This document shows, piece by piece, positions 8,227 through 16,554 of a stretch of DNA of 64,000 bases. Made by a program: the position numbers and the translations under genes. The stretch is from a virus. Its lineage: Duplodnaviria; Caudoviricetes. The stretch lies in the IMG/VR virus record IMGVR_UViG_3300020420_000671. One strand, given 5' to 3'. The notes below the pieces were generated by a model that was given only the letters and a program-made list of their open reading frames with translations, searched no databases and was not told the origin of the DNA. How positions within the stretch are numbered: position 1 is the stretch's first letter; each line of letters opens with the position of its first letter.

Positions 8227-9846
8227 GTGGCAGTCGTACAGATATCCAGAATACAAGTAAGAAGAGGACAAAAGAATCAAGGTTCAGGTGTCCCTCAACT
8301 ATCTGGCGGTGAATTTGGTTGGGCAGTAGATTCAAGAGAGTTATATATAGGAAATGGATCAGTTGCTGAAGGATCACCAGCGGTAGGTAACACAAAAATA
8401 ATTACAGAGCACGATGATCTTTTTACATTAGCTAATACATACACGTATTTAGGAGGACAGACTGTACAAACAGGACTTACTTCTACATCACCTGTAAAAA
8501 GAACATTACAACAAAGATTAGATGAACTTGTATCTATAAAATCATTTGGAGCTCCTGGTGATGGTTCAGACCAAACCATAGCAATTCAACGTGCTATAGA
8601 CCAACTGTATATTAATAGCTCTACAAAAGGCACAGAAGAAAGCAGAGCGACACTTTACTTTCCTCCAGGAATATACAAAATTACAGCAACTATTTACATA
8701 CCACCGTTTGCTACGATAGTAGGAGCAGGTAAAGATAAAACAAAATTTAATGTAACAAACAACGTTGTAGCATTTCAGACAGTAAATGAATCAAGCACAC
8801 CTGGTAACTATGCTAACGATAGTTCTAGCACAACAGTAAACCAACCAAGACAAATTGTATTGAAAGACTTTACAGTTGCCACTACACAAACAACACAACC
8901 CGTATTAAAATTACAGAGTTGTAAAATGAGTAATTTTGAAAATATAAGAATCACAGGACCTTGGACGACAGGAACAGCTATTACCCGAGCAAACGCAGGT
9001 TTAGAATTAAGTTCATTAAGTACAGTGGTTTGTACACAAGAAAATAAATTTGATCATGTAAGTGTAAATGGAATGAGTGTTGGTGTTGTCAGCGACGATG
9101 ATGCTTACAATAATCATTTCCATTGTTGTTACTTTACAAACTTAGGACAAGGTGTTCAATTTGGACAAAACACTACACTTGGTTCCCAAGGACAAACAAC
9201 AGGTCCAAGTAAAAATAAATTTGGATTCAGTGAATTTAAGAACATAGATAGAGAAGCCATTGCTATTCAAAATGGCTCAAACAATTTCAGCACCCATAAT
9301 AATTTTGAAAGCGTGGGTAATGTTGGAGGCACAGAAGGCAACGCTCAATATAGTGTTATTGATTTTGTTGTTCCTGGTAATTCTTCAGTTGAAGATTCAT
9401 TTACAAGGACAGCAGATCTTTCCTATGGACAAACTTTTATAACAAACAAACCGTACATTTCTGAAATAAAAGGTTATGTCAACGCAACTTTAGGCGGGTT
9501 TCATAACTTGGAAGTATCAGAAACTTCTAGCTACACATACTTTTTCAGGCTACCAGGCGACTATACTAGGACTTATGAAGTGGATTACTTTTACAACAGC
9601 TCATTGGTAAACGCACAACGAAGTGGTAAAATGACTTTTCAACTAGATCAATCTACTAGTTCTGTAAATTTTATAGATGACTACGATTACCAAGGAGATA
9701 GCAATTACGAAACTGCTATGAAGTTTCAAGCTAGTTTGGTAAACACAGATGGCATATCTTCGGTTGACACAATCGTGGTTTCTGTGTTAAACTCTGTTAC
9801 AAATGATACAGGAAGATTCACTTTTAAGATCAAAGTATTGGGATAG
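8227..9846 (+). CDS. Tail/receptor-binding protein with Mtd-type N-terminus and pectate-lyase-like beta-helix
   Basis: GTG start with SD AAGGAG; IQVRRG...LSGGEFGWAVDSRELYIGNG; SIKSFGAPGDGSDQTIAIQRAID...LYFPPGIYKI. Confidence 0.8.
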   Translation: MAVVQISRIQVRRGQKNQGSGVPQLSGGEFGWAVDSRELYIGNGSVAEGSPAVGNTKIITEHDDLFTLANTYTYLGGQTVQTGLTSTSPVKRTLQQRLDELVSIKSFGAPGDGSDQTIAIQRAIDQLYINSSTKGTEESRATLYFPPGIYKITATIYIPPFATIVGAGKDKTKFNVTNNVVAFQTVNESSTPGNYANDSSSTTVNQPRQIVLKDFTVATTQTTQPVLKLQSCKMSNFENIRITGPWTTGTAITRANAGLELSSLSTVVCTQENKFDHVSVNGMSVGVVSDDDAYNNHFHCCYFTNLGQGVQFGQNTTLGSQGQTTGPSKNKFGFSEFKNIDREAIAIQNGSNNFSTHNNFESVGNVGGTEGNAQYSVIDFVVPGNSSVEDSFTRTADLSYGQTFITNKPYISEIKGYVNATLGGFHNLEVSETSSYTYFFRLPGDYTRTYEVDYFYNSSLVNAQRSGKMTFQLDQSTSSVNFIDDYDYQGDSNYETAMKFQASLVNTDGISSVDTIVVSVLNSVTNDTGRFTFKIKVLG

Positions 9847-10272
9847 ATGCTAGGAAACAAGTTAGAAGATAAGATAAAAGTCTGGAAAAATCTAAGAAAC
9901 AAATTAGAAGACCATCCAAGACCATTTGATGCTTTGGTACAATATTGTAACAAGCTACATGTTTCTGCTAAGAAAACTAATGCCTGGGATCCAAAGGCGA
10001 AGATAGAACCTTGGCACTTGATAGAGAAAGATGAATTTACTGAGTATGAAATCGCACAACTTATGGCATATACTTTACAGTTAACCGATAGGTTTAGTAG
10101 TGCGAACATTGAGATACATATCAGTAAGGATACACAAAAAGACAAATTGGTGTACCTTGTATATCTAGACAGAGGAATTATTTTGGGATACTACAACGAA
10201 GCAATTACTGTTGATGAACTTCCAAAACATGTTGTCTCACAAAAGATATACAAGTTGCCACCGCTCCACTAA
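9847..10272 (+). CDS. Hypothetical phage protein
   Basis: 141-aa ORF starting immediately after the upstream stop. Confidence 0.6.
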   Translation: MLGNKLEDKIKVWKNLRNKLEDHPRPFDALVQYCNKLHVSAKKTNAWDPKAKIEPWHLIEKDEFTEYEIAQLMAYTLQLTDRFSSANIEIHISKDTQKDKLVYLVYLDRGIILGYYNEAITVDELPKHVVSQKIYKLPPLH

Positions 10273-10298
10273 ATATTTTTTATTATGAAGGAAGTATA

Positions 10299-12638
10299 AT
10301 GAAGGAAGATATACATATCAAAAAGCGAGACGGAAGCAGAGTTCCGTTAGATATACAAAAGATTCACAAGGTTGTAAATTTTGCCTGCGAAGGATTAGCA
10401 GGAGTATCAAGCAGTTTAATACAAATGAACGCAGGTATACAATTTGCTGACGGAATGACATCAAGAGAAATACAAGATTTATTAATAAGATCAGCAAACG
10501 ATCTAATCACATTAGAAAATCCCAACTATCAATATGCCGCGGCAAGATTATTATTGTACGGAATTTATAAAGATGTGTTTGGTGGATTCGAAAAGATTAC
10601 ATTATATGAAATGGTTACAAGAAATATAGAAAGAAAAGTTTACGACTCAGCTATTCTTGATATGTACACAGAAGAAGAGTTTGACAAGATGGAAAAATAT
10701 ATCCATCACGGAAGAGATGAAAACTTTACCTATGCTGGACTTAGACAGATAGTAGATAAGTATCTTTGCCAGGATAGAAGTTCATCAGAGATATATGAAT
10801 CACCGCAACACATGTATATGATGATTGCCGCTACATTATTTGCTAGGTATCCTAAGGAGGATAGGTTACACTATGTAAGGAGATATTATGACGCGACCTC
10901 ACTTTTTAAAATTAATATCCCAACGCCAGTCATGGCCGGTGTCAGAACGCCTATTAGACAGTTTGCTTCGTGTGTCCTTGTTGACAGTGACGATACCCTT
11001 GATAGTATCTTCGCAAGTGATATGTCGATTGGTAGATACACGGCACAGAGAGCAGGCATTGGAATCAACGCAGGGCGTATCAGAGGAATCAACTCTAAGA
11101 TCAGGGGAGGAGAAGTAGCACACACAGGAGTAGTCCCGTTCCTAAAAAAGTTCGAAGCTACTGTAAGGTGTTGTACTCAGAATGGTGTACGTGGAGGAAG
11201 TGCTACAACTCATTTTCCTTTTTGGCATCAAGAAATTGAAGACATCCTAGTCTTAAAAAATAACAAAGGCACTGAAGATAATAGAGTACGTAAGTTAGAT
11301 TATTCTATTCAGCTTAATAAAACTATGTATGAGAGGTTGCTCAACCAGGGCGACATTACTCTTTTCTCGCCACACGATGTGCCAGGCTTGTACGAAGCAT
11401 ACTTTGGAGATGCTGATGAATTTAAAATTTTATACGAAAAGTATGAAAAAAATACAAAGATAAAGAAGACAAAGATCAGTGCTATGAATTTGTTTTCAGC
11501 ATTGGTAAAAGAACGTGCTGAAACAGGACGTATCTATATTATGAATGTTGATCATGCCAACAACCATAGTTCATTTAAAGATACTGTATACATGAGTAAT
11601 CTTTGTCAAGAGATTACACTTCCAACCAAACCCTTACAACACATCGACGATGAGCAAGGTGAAATAGCACTTTGTATTCTATCAGCAATCAATGTAGGTG
11701 TAATTAAAGAGTTAGATGACATGGAGGATCTTTGTGATCTAGCAGTAAGAGCATTAGATGAAATTATTGATTATCAAAAATATCCTGTAAAAGCCGCAGA
11801 AATATCTACAAAGGCAAGAAGAAGTCTTGGGGTAGGATACATTGGTTTAGCACACTATCTTGCGAAGCATGGATGTAAGTATTCAGATAAGAAAGCATTA
11901 ACAAAAGTACATGAGCTTACAGAAGCATTTCAATACTATTTGTTGAGAGCAAGTAATCAATTAGCACAGGAAAAAGGTCAATGTGAGTATTATGATCGCA
12001 CTAAATATAGTGATGGCATACTGCCTATTGATACATACAAAAAAGAATTAGATGATATATGTTCTATAACATTAAAATATGACTGGGATGATCTTCGCAA
12101 GAGCATTGGACTTTACGGCCTTAGGCACTCAACATTGTCCGCACAAATGCCATCGGAGAGCAGTTCCATTGTGTCGAACGCAACCAACGGAATCGAACCA
12201 CCTAGAGGGTTCTTGTCCGTTAAGAAGTCAAAAAAAGGGCCTCTTAAGCAGATTGTTCCACAGTATACTACGTTAAAGAATAACTACACATTACTTTGGG
12301 ACATGCCAAGCAACGATGGTTATATCAATATAGTAGCAGTAATGCAAAAGTTCTTTGATCAAGCTATTTCAGGAAACTGGAGTTATAATCCTACACATTT
12401 TGATAATAATGAAGTGCCTATGAGCATAATGCTCAAAGACTTGTTAAATACATACAAGTACGGTTGGAAAACTTCTTACTATCAAAACACTTACGATTAT
12501 AAGACTGATGGTGATGTAGAAGAACCACAACATCCTTTGGGCTGGCACGACAACGTGAAAGAGAATCCAGTTGAAAGGACAGAATTTAACGGTACCGATG
12601 AGGAGTATGAAGAATATTGTGACAGTTGTGCTATTTAG
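10299..12638 (+). CDS. nrdA: Ribonucleotide reductase class Ia alpha subunit with N-terminal ATP cone
   Basis: KKRDG ATP cone, TPVMAG, FASCVLV, SNLCQEI, PSESSS, NGIEP, C-terminal CDSCAI. Confidence 0.97.
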   Translation: MKEDIHIKKRDGSRVPLDIQKIHKVVNFACEGLAGVSSSLIQMNAGIQFADGMTSREIQDLLIRSANDLITLENPNYQYAAARLLLYGIYKDVFGGFEKITLYEMVTRNIERKVYDSAILDMYTEEEFDKMEKYIHHGRDENFTYAGLRQIVDKYLCQDRSSSEIYESPQHMYMMIAATLFARYPKEDRLHYVRRYYDATSLFKINIPTPVMAGVRTPIRQFASCVLVDSDDTLDSIFASDMSIGRYTAQRAGIGINAGRIRGINSKIRGGEVAHTGVVPFLKKFEATVRCCTQNGVRGGSATTHFPFWHQEIEDILVLKNNKGTEDNRVRKLDYSIQLNKTMYERLLNQGDITLFSPHDVPGLYEAYFGDADEFKILYEKYEKNTKIKKTKISAMNLFSALVKERAETGRIYIMNVDHANNHSSFKDTVYMSNLCQEITLPTKPLQHIDDEQGEIALCILSAINVGVIKELDDMEDLCDLAVRALDEIIDYQKYPVKAAEISTKARRSLGVGYIGLAHYLAKHGCKYSDKKALTKVHELTEAFQYYLLRASNQLAQEKGQCEYYDRTKYSDGILPIDTYKKELDDICSITLKYDWDDLRKSIGLYGLRHSTLSAQMPSESSSIVSNATNGIEPPRGFLSVKKSKKGPLKQIVPQYTTLKNNYTLLWDMPSNDGYINIVAVMQKFFDQAISGNWSYNPTHFDNNEVPMSIMLKDLLNTYKYGWKTSYYQNTYDYKTDGDVEEPQHPLGWHDNVKENPVERTEFNGTDEEYEEYCDSCAI

Positions 12639-12641
12639 AGA

Positions 12642-12670
12642 TTGACATATAAGTCTTATGATAGTATAGT
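12642..12670 (+). promoter_or_regulatory. Sigma70-type promoter
   Basis: TTGACA-17-TATAGT. Confidence 0.75.
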
Positions 12671-12696
12671 AGTTACACACGTAGAGGAAAATAAAA

Positions 12697-13800
12697 ATGG
12701 CAAAAACAGTATTTAATAAAGAAAAAGTGGATTTCACAAAGAGCACGATGTTCTTTGGTCCTGACCAGAACACACAGAGATATGACGTATTCAAGTTTCC
12801 AGAGTTTGATAAACTTAACCAAACCATGTTAGGTTACTTTTGGAGACCTGAAGAAGTTTCATTACAAAAGGATAGAGCAGACTTTGCTAACTTTAGACCG
12901 GAACAAAAACATATCTTTACTGCCAACTTGAAATACCAAACTTTATTGGATAGTGTACAAGGAAGAGGACCTAGTCTAGCATTCCTACCTTATGTTTCAT
13001 TGCCTGAGTTAGAAGGTTGTATTGTTACTTGGGACTTCTTTGAAACAATCCATTCACGTTCATATACACATATTATAAAAAATGTATACTCAGACCCAAG
13101 TGAAGTATTTGATACAATATTAGATGACAAAGAAATTTTGAAACGTGCTCAGTCAGTAACTAAAAACTATGACAGTTTCACCCTAGCGGCTGATGATTGG
13201 TTTCATCGTAAACAAGGAACTATGTATGATGTTAAGAAAAAACTTTTCTTAGCTATGATGAATGTAAACATACTAGAAGGTTTACGTTTTTATGTATCAT
13301 TCGCTTGTACATTTTCTTTTGCTGAATCAAAAAATATGGAAGGCTCAGCTAAAATTGTTTCACTCGTAGCTAGAGACGAAGCAACACATCTAAATTTATC
13401 AACACATGTTCTTAAGAACTGGATCAAAGGAAACGATGACCCAGACATGAAAAAAATTGCTCGTGAATGCGAAGACGAAGTTTTAGAAATGTGGAGAACC
13501 TGCGTTGATGAAGAAAAGGCCTGGGCAAATTATCTTTTCAAAGACGGAGCAATAATTGGTTTGAACGAAGAACTATTACATCATTATGTAGAGTTCATTG
13601 CTAACAAAAGACTGAAAGCATTAGGATACAAAACCATTTATGACCGTCCACTTAACAACAACCCGTTACCTTGGACACAACATTGGCTTTCGAGCTCAGG
13701 ACTTCAAGTAGCACCACAGGAAACAGAAGTAGAAAGTTATATCATTGGTGGTATTAAACAAGATGTTGACAAGGATGTACTGAAAGGTTTCAAATTGTGA
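12697..13800 (+). CDS. nrdB: Ribonucleotide reductase class Ia beta subunit
   Basis: FWRPEE, LDSVQGR, ETIHSRSY, LEGLRFYVSF, RDEATH, APQETE. Confidence 0.97.
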   Translation: MAKTVFNKEKVDFTKSTMFFGPDQNTQRYDVFKFPEFDKLNQTMLGYFWRPEEVSLQKDRADFANFRPEQKHIFTANLKYQTLLDSVQGRGPSLAFLPYVSLPELEGCIVTWDFFETIHSRSYTHIIKNVYSDPSEVFDTILDDKEILKRAQSVTKNYDSFTLAADDWFHRKQGTMYDVKKKLFLAMMNVNILEGLRFYVSFACTFSFAESKNMEGSAKIVSLVARDEATHLNLSTHVLKNWIKGNDDPDMKKIARECEDEVLEMWRTCVDEEKAWANYLFKDGAIIGLNEELLHHYVEFIANKRLKALGYKTIYDRPLNNNPLPWTQHWLSSSGLQVAPQETEVESYIIGGIKQDVDKDVLKGFKL

Positions 13801-14072
13801 TGAAAGCATTAATCTATAGTAAAACTCATTGCCCTAGTTGTTTAAAGGCAAAGGCAGAGTTTAAGAAATTGGGTGTCGAATATGATGAAAAACTTATTGG
13901 AACTGACATCCAACCTCAAGAATTGTTTACCATTTTCGAGGAAAAAGGATTAGCACAGCCAAGAACAGCACCGCAGATCTTTATAAGTGATACTTATATA
14001 GGAGGATATGAAGCATTGTTGAAATATATTGAAGATACAGGCTTCAACGGAACAGGAGCGTCAGTAGGCTAA
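13797..14072 (+). CDS. Glutaredoxin
   Basis: CPSC active site, TAPQIF, YIGGYE; follows nrdB. Confidence 0.9.
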   Translation: MMKALIYSKTHCPSCLKAKAEFKKLGVEYDEKLIGTDIQPQELFTIFEEKGLAQPRTAPQIFISDTYIGGYEALLKYIEDTGFNGTGASVG

Positions 14073-14365
14073 TGTTAATTGAAAAACCATACGGTATTGG
14101 AGATACCGTTACGTTTAAGACTGGGGCCGGCGAAGAAGTAGTAGCCAGAGTCACAGAAGTAAAAGATGATTCTATAAAGGTTAGAAAGCCCATGGTATTG
14201 ACTATGACGGAGAAGGGAATTGGAATGGTTCCTTATGCTTTGACAGTCAGCATGGATACTGAGATGCTTATTAATTTAGCTAACATAGTATTCATTGCTA
14301 AGACAAGTCCAACAACCTCCAAGCAATATGTAGAATCAACGACAGGACTAAAGGTAGTCAACTAA
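14072..14365 (+). CDS. Conserved phage hypothetical protein (Sm/SH3-like beta fold suspected)
   Basis: GDTVTFKTGAGEEVVARV; TAATG coupling. Confidence 0.6.
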   Translation: MLIEKPYGIGDTVTFKTGAGEEVVARVTEVKDDSIKVRKPMVLTMTEKGIGMVPYALTVSMDTEMLINLANIVFIAKTSPTTSKQYVESTTGLKVVN

Positions 14366-14375
14366 AGGAGATAAT

Positions 14376-14555
14376 ATGTCAGATATACACGAACAAATAA
14401 AAGCTCATTACGAAGCATACTTGGCTGAGGCAGAGTCTTTTGATACAAAAGGTGTAAAGGCCGCGGCCGCTAGAGCAAGAAAAGCTCTTGGCGAAATGGG
14501 CAAATTGGCAAAAGCTCGAAGAGCTGAGATCCAAGAAAAAAAGAATAATATGTAA
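14376..14555 (+). CDS. Histone H1-like (Hc1-family) small basic protein, 59 aa
   Basis: Below the track cutoff; SD AAGGAG; MSDIHEQIKAHYEAYLAEAESFDTKGVKAAAARARKALGEMGKLAKARRAEIQEKKNNM. Confidence 0.8.
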   Translation: MSDIHEQIKAHYEAYLAEAESFDTKGVKAAAARARKALGEMGKLAKARRAEIQEKKNNM

Positions 14556-14565
14556 ATAAATATAG

Positions 14566-14589
14566 TTAAGGAGGAGAAATCCTCCTTAA
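14566..14589. other. Perfect 10-bp stem with GAAA tetraloop
   Basis: TTAAGGAGGA-GAAA-TCCTCCTTAA, no U tract; lies in the Csp leader after TAAATA. Confidence 0.8.
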
Positions 14590-14606
14590 TCTTAGAAGGG
14601 CAAACT

Positions 14607-14825
14607 ATGGCACAACAAGGTAAGCTAAAATGGTATAATCATGTCAAGGGGTACGGCTTCATTTCAAGAGAAGAAGACCAGAAAGACCTCTTTTGTCACG
14701 TGTCTGAATTTAGAAAGTCAGGCATCAAGAAAGTTAAAGAAGGTATGATTATTGAATATGAACTTTCAGACCATAATGGCAAACCAGTAGCAGTCGATAT
14801 CAAAGTAGTTCACATTCCAGAATAG
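14607..14825 (+). CDS. Cold-shock domain protein
   Basis: GKLKWYNHVKGYGFI (RNP1), DLFCHVS (RNP2). Confidence 0.92.
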   Translation: MAQQGKLKWYNHVKGYGFISREEDQKDLFCHVSEFRKSGIKKVKEGMIIEYELSDHNGKPVAVDIKVVHIPE

Positions 14826-14834
14826 GAGAGGTAG

Positions 14835-15203
14835 ATGGCGGAAGCCATGTTGTTATTCATGTTGGTTATAAAACATGCCCTAGCTGATCTGGTACTACAG
14901 AGCAGACTTACTTCTGGAGACAAAAGCAATCTAAAGAGTTGGAAAGGTTACATACACGCAGGAGACCACGGCCTTCTTACGTTCGTTGTTCTCTTGTTCT
15001 TTACTACCTTTGAAAATTCTGTAATCATAGGCATGTTGGATTACGTGCTTCATTTCCTTATAGACTATATCAAAACTGTATTAGTAAGACGTTTTGGTGT
15101 AGTACAGAATAGCCGAACATTTTGGATTGTACAAGGTGTTGATCAAATAGCACATTATTCTTGTTATTTTCTTTACGTTCTTCTCTTGACAAATCTATTA
15201 TAA
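14835..15203 (+). CDS. DUF3307-like membrane protein
   Basis: KHALADLVLQ...HAGDHG...LHFLIDYIK...GVDQIAH. Confidence 0.75.
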   Translation: MAEAMLLFMLVIKHALADLVLQSRLTSGDKSNLKSWKGYIHAGDHGLLTFVVLLFFTTFENSVIIGMLDYVLHFLIDYIKTVLVRRFGVVQNSRTFWIVQGVDQIAHYSCYFLYVLLLTNLL

Positions 15204-15216
15204 GATGCTATAAATA
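15186..15216 (+). promoter_or_regulatory. Composite sigma70 and late promoter for the tmRNA
   Basis: TTGACA-17-TATAAA; the -10 extends to TATAAATA. Confidence 0.75.
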
Positions 15217-15220
15217 ATAC

Positions 15221-15283
15221 TACAACGTTGAAGCAATTCAAACGCTGGACAGGACCTGGGGGCAGTACCCAGCAGGTCCACCA
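15221..15283 (+). ncRNA. ssrA: Two-piece (circularly permuted) tmRNA, acceptor piece
   Basis: GGAC-CTGGG-GGCAGTA-CCCAG-CAGGTCC-A-CCA: alphaproteobacterial-type T-arm plus 3' acceptor strand with encoded CCA; 5' end approximate. Confidence 0.9.
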
Positions 15284-15296
15284 TAAGGACATTGCT

Positions 15297-15485
15297 ATGG
15301 AAGTCATTTGGCATATTCTACTTACGGTTTGTTTAGGTTCGACCTGCCTAGAGCAAGACGTACAAAGGTTTGAGTCCAAGGTAGAATGTTACAAAGTATT
15401 GAAATACTATGAAACAACACCAGCAGATGGTCGTTGGGACACAGTAGAATATATTTGTAAGCCAGTTGGCTCAGTGTCTTTATGA
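15297..15485 (+). CDS. 62-aa Cys-pair family protein inside the tmRNA intervening segment
   Basis: SD AAGGA just after the CCA; ATG 15297; MEVIWHILLTVCLG...FESKVEC...YICKPVGSVSL*; stop 1 nt before the tmRNA 5' G. Confidence 0.75.
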   Translation: MEVIWHILLTVCLGSTCLEQDVQRFESKVECYKVLKYYETTPADGRWDTVEYICKPVGSVSL

Positions 15486-15486
15486 T

Positions 15487-15711
15487 GGGCCTGAAATAGG
15501 ATCGACTGACGGATTAGTAGAAGAGTGGAGTTGTCCGGATGTAAGCTCGGTTAACGCGAACAAACGTTATAAATGCAAACGATAATGCATCAAACGTATT
15601 TTCTTTCGTAGATTTTTCTAACGCGAGAAAGTACGTGAATGAGGATTTCGCCTTAGCGGCTTAATCGCTCGGGGTTGGCAACTTACCTAGCAACAGAAAA
15701 GTTGCTTTTTT
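15487..15711 (+). ncRNA. ssrA: Two-piece tmRNA, coding piece
   Basis: 5' GGGCCTG pairs 7/7 with CAGGTCC including G3:U70; AAATAGGATCGAC D-loop region; resume context ATAAAT-GCA; ends in GCAACTT...GCAACAGAA...AAGTTGC-T7. Confidence 0.9.
15575..15664 (+). other. tmRNA tag reading frame ANDNASNVFSFVDFSNARKYVNEDFALAA*
   Basis: Translated by hand from resume codon GCA 15575 to TAA 15662-15664; ANDN start and ALAA end. Confidence 0.85.
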
Positions 15712-15723
15712 ATGGGAGCTAGT

Positions 15724-16554
15724 ATGAATATTGGAGTTAGAGGTAGCAAACTAGCAATTGAATATGCTAAACAAGTAGAAGCACAATGTTTTAACAGTTT
15801 CCATACCAATCTCATTACAATCAAAACAGACGGTGATATCTTTGAGAATAAAAGCATACAAGACATAGGCGGCAAAGGTGTTTTTGTTTCTGCTATTGAA
15901 CAGCAATTATTAGATAAAAAGATAGATGTTGCTGTACACTCTTTCAAAGATCTTCCTGCGGTAATGGATTCAAGATTAGAAATATCAGCAGTATTAGAAC
16001 GCAATGATCCGAGAGATTGTTATATTGGAACGTTGTTTCCGAAAGCTAAAGTAGGTACAGGTAGTCCTAGACGTATTGCCCAACTACAAACAAACTTCAA
16101 TGTAGACTTTGATATACAGCACATAAGAGGCAATATAGATACTAGAATAAAAAAGCTAGAACAAGGAAAGTATGACGCTATTGTTTTAGCAGTAGCAGGA
16201 CTAGAAGCATTGGGTTTACAACACAAAATTACAAAGATATTTCCATTTGATAAAATGTTGCCTTGTGTAGGACAAGGAGTAATAGCAATACAAACTAGAA
16301 AAGGATCATCGCATAGTGAGGTTGCGAAACTAAATAATCACTGGAATACATACTATTCTGTGATGGCTGAACGTGCTATGTTACAAGAGATAGACGGAGA
16401 CTGCCATACTGCCGTAGGTGCTATTTCTACTCTAGTTGGAGGCTGTATAAATTTAAAAGCAATAAATTATAATACAGGAAAACAGTTTGAGTCAACCAGT
16501 AAACTGTTAGAGTATAAATTATTAGGTGAGGAAGTAGGTAAACAGTTAAAGTGA
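15724..16554 (+). CDS. hemC: Hydroxymethylbilane synthase (porphobilinogen deaminase)
   Basis: GVRGSKLA, KTDGD, GGKGVF, AVHSFKD, VGTGSPRR, IRGNIDTR, GQG, AERA...GDC cofactor Cys; SD GGGAG before ATG 15724. Confidence 0.93.
   Translation: MNIGVRGSKLAIEYAKQVEAQCFNSFHTNLITIKTDGDIFENKSIQDIGGKGVFVSAIEQQLLDKKIDVAVHSFKDLPAVMDSRLEISAVLERNDPRDCYIGTLFPKAKVGTGSPRRIAQLQTNFNVDFDIQHIRGNIDTRIKKLEQGKYDAIVLAVAGLEALGLQHKITKIFPFDKMLPCVGQGVIAIQTRKGSSHSEVAKLNNHWNTYYSVMAERAMLQEIDGDCHTAVGAISTLVGGCINLKAINYNTGKQFESTSKLLEYKLLGEEVGKQLK

Noticed and set aside
10299-13800. Introns, inteins or homing endonucleases in nrdA/nrdB
   Set aside because: Both ORFs are continuous and of normal length, with no LAGLIDADG/HNH/GIY-YIG or intein motifs seen
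15228-15296. Track's 85-aa ORF starting at TTG 15228
   Set aside because: The first 23 codons are the tmRNA acceptor piece; the SD-supported start is ATG 15297
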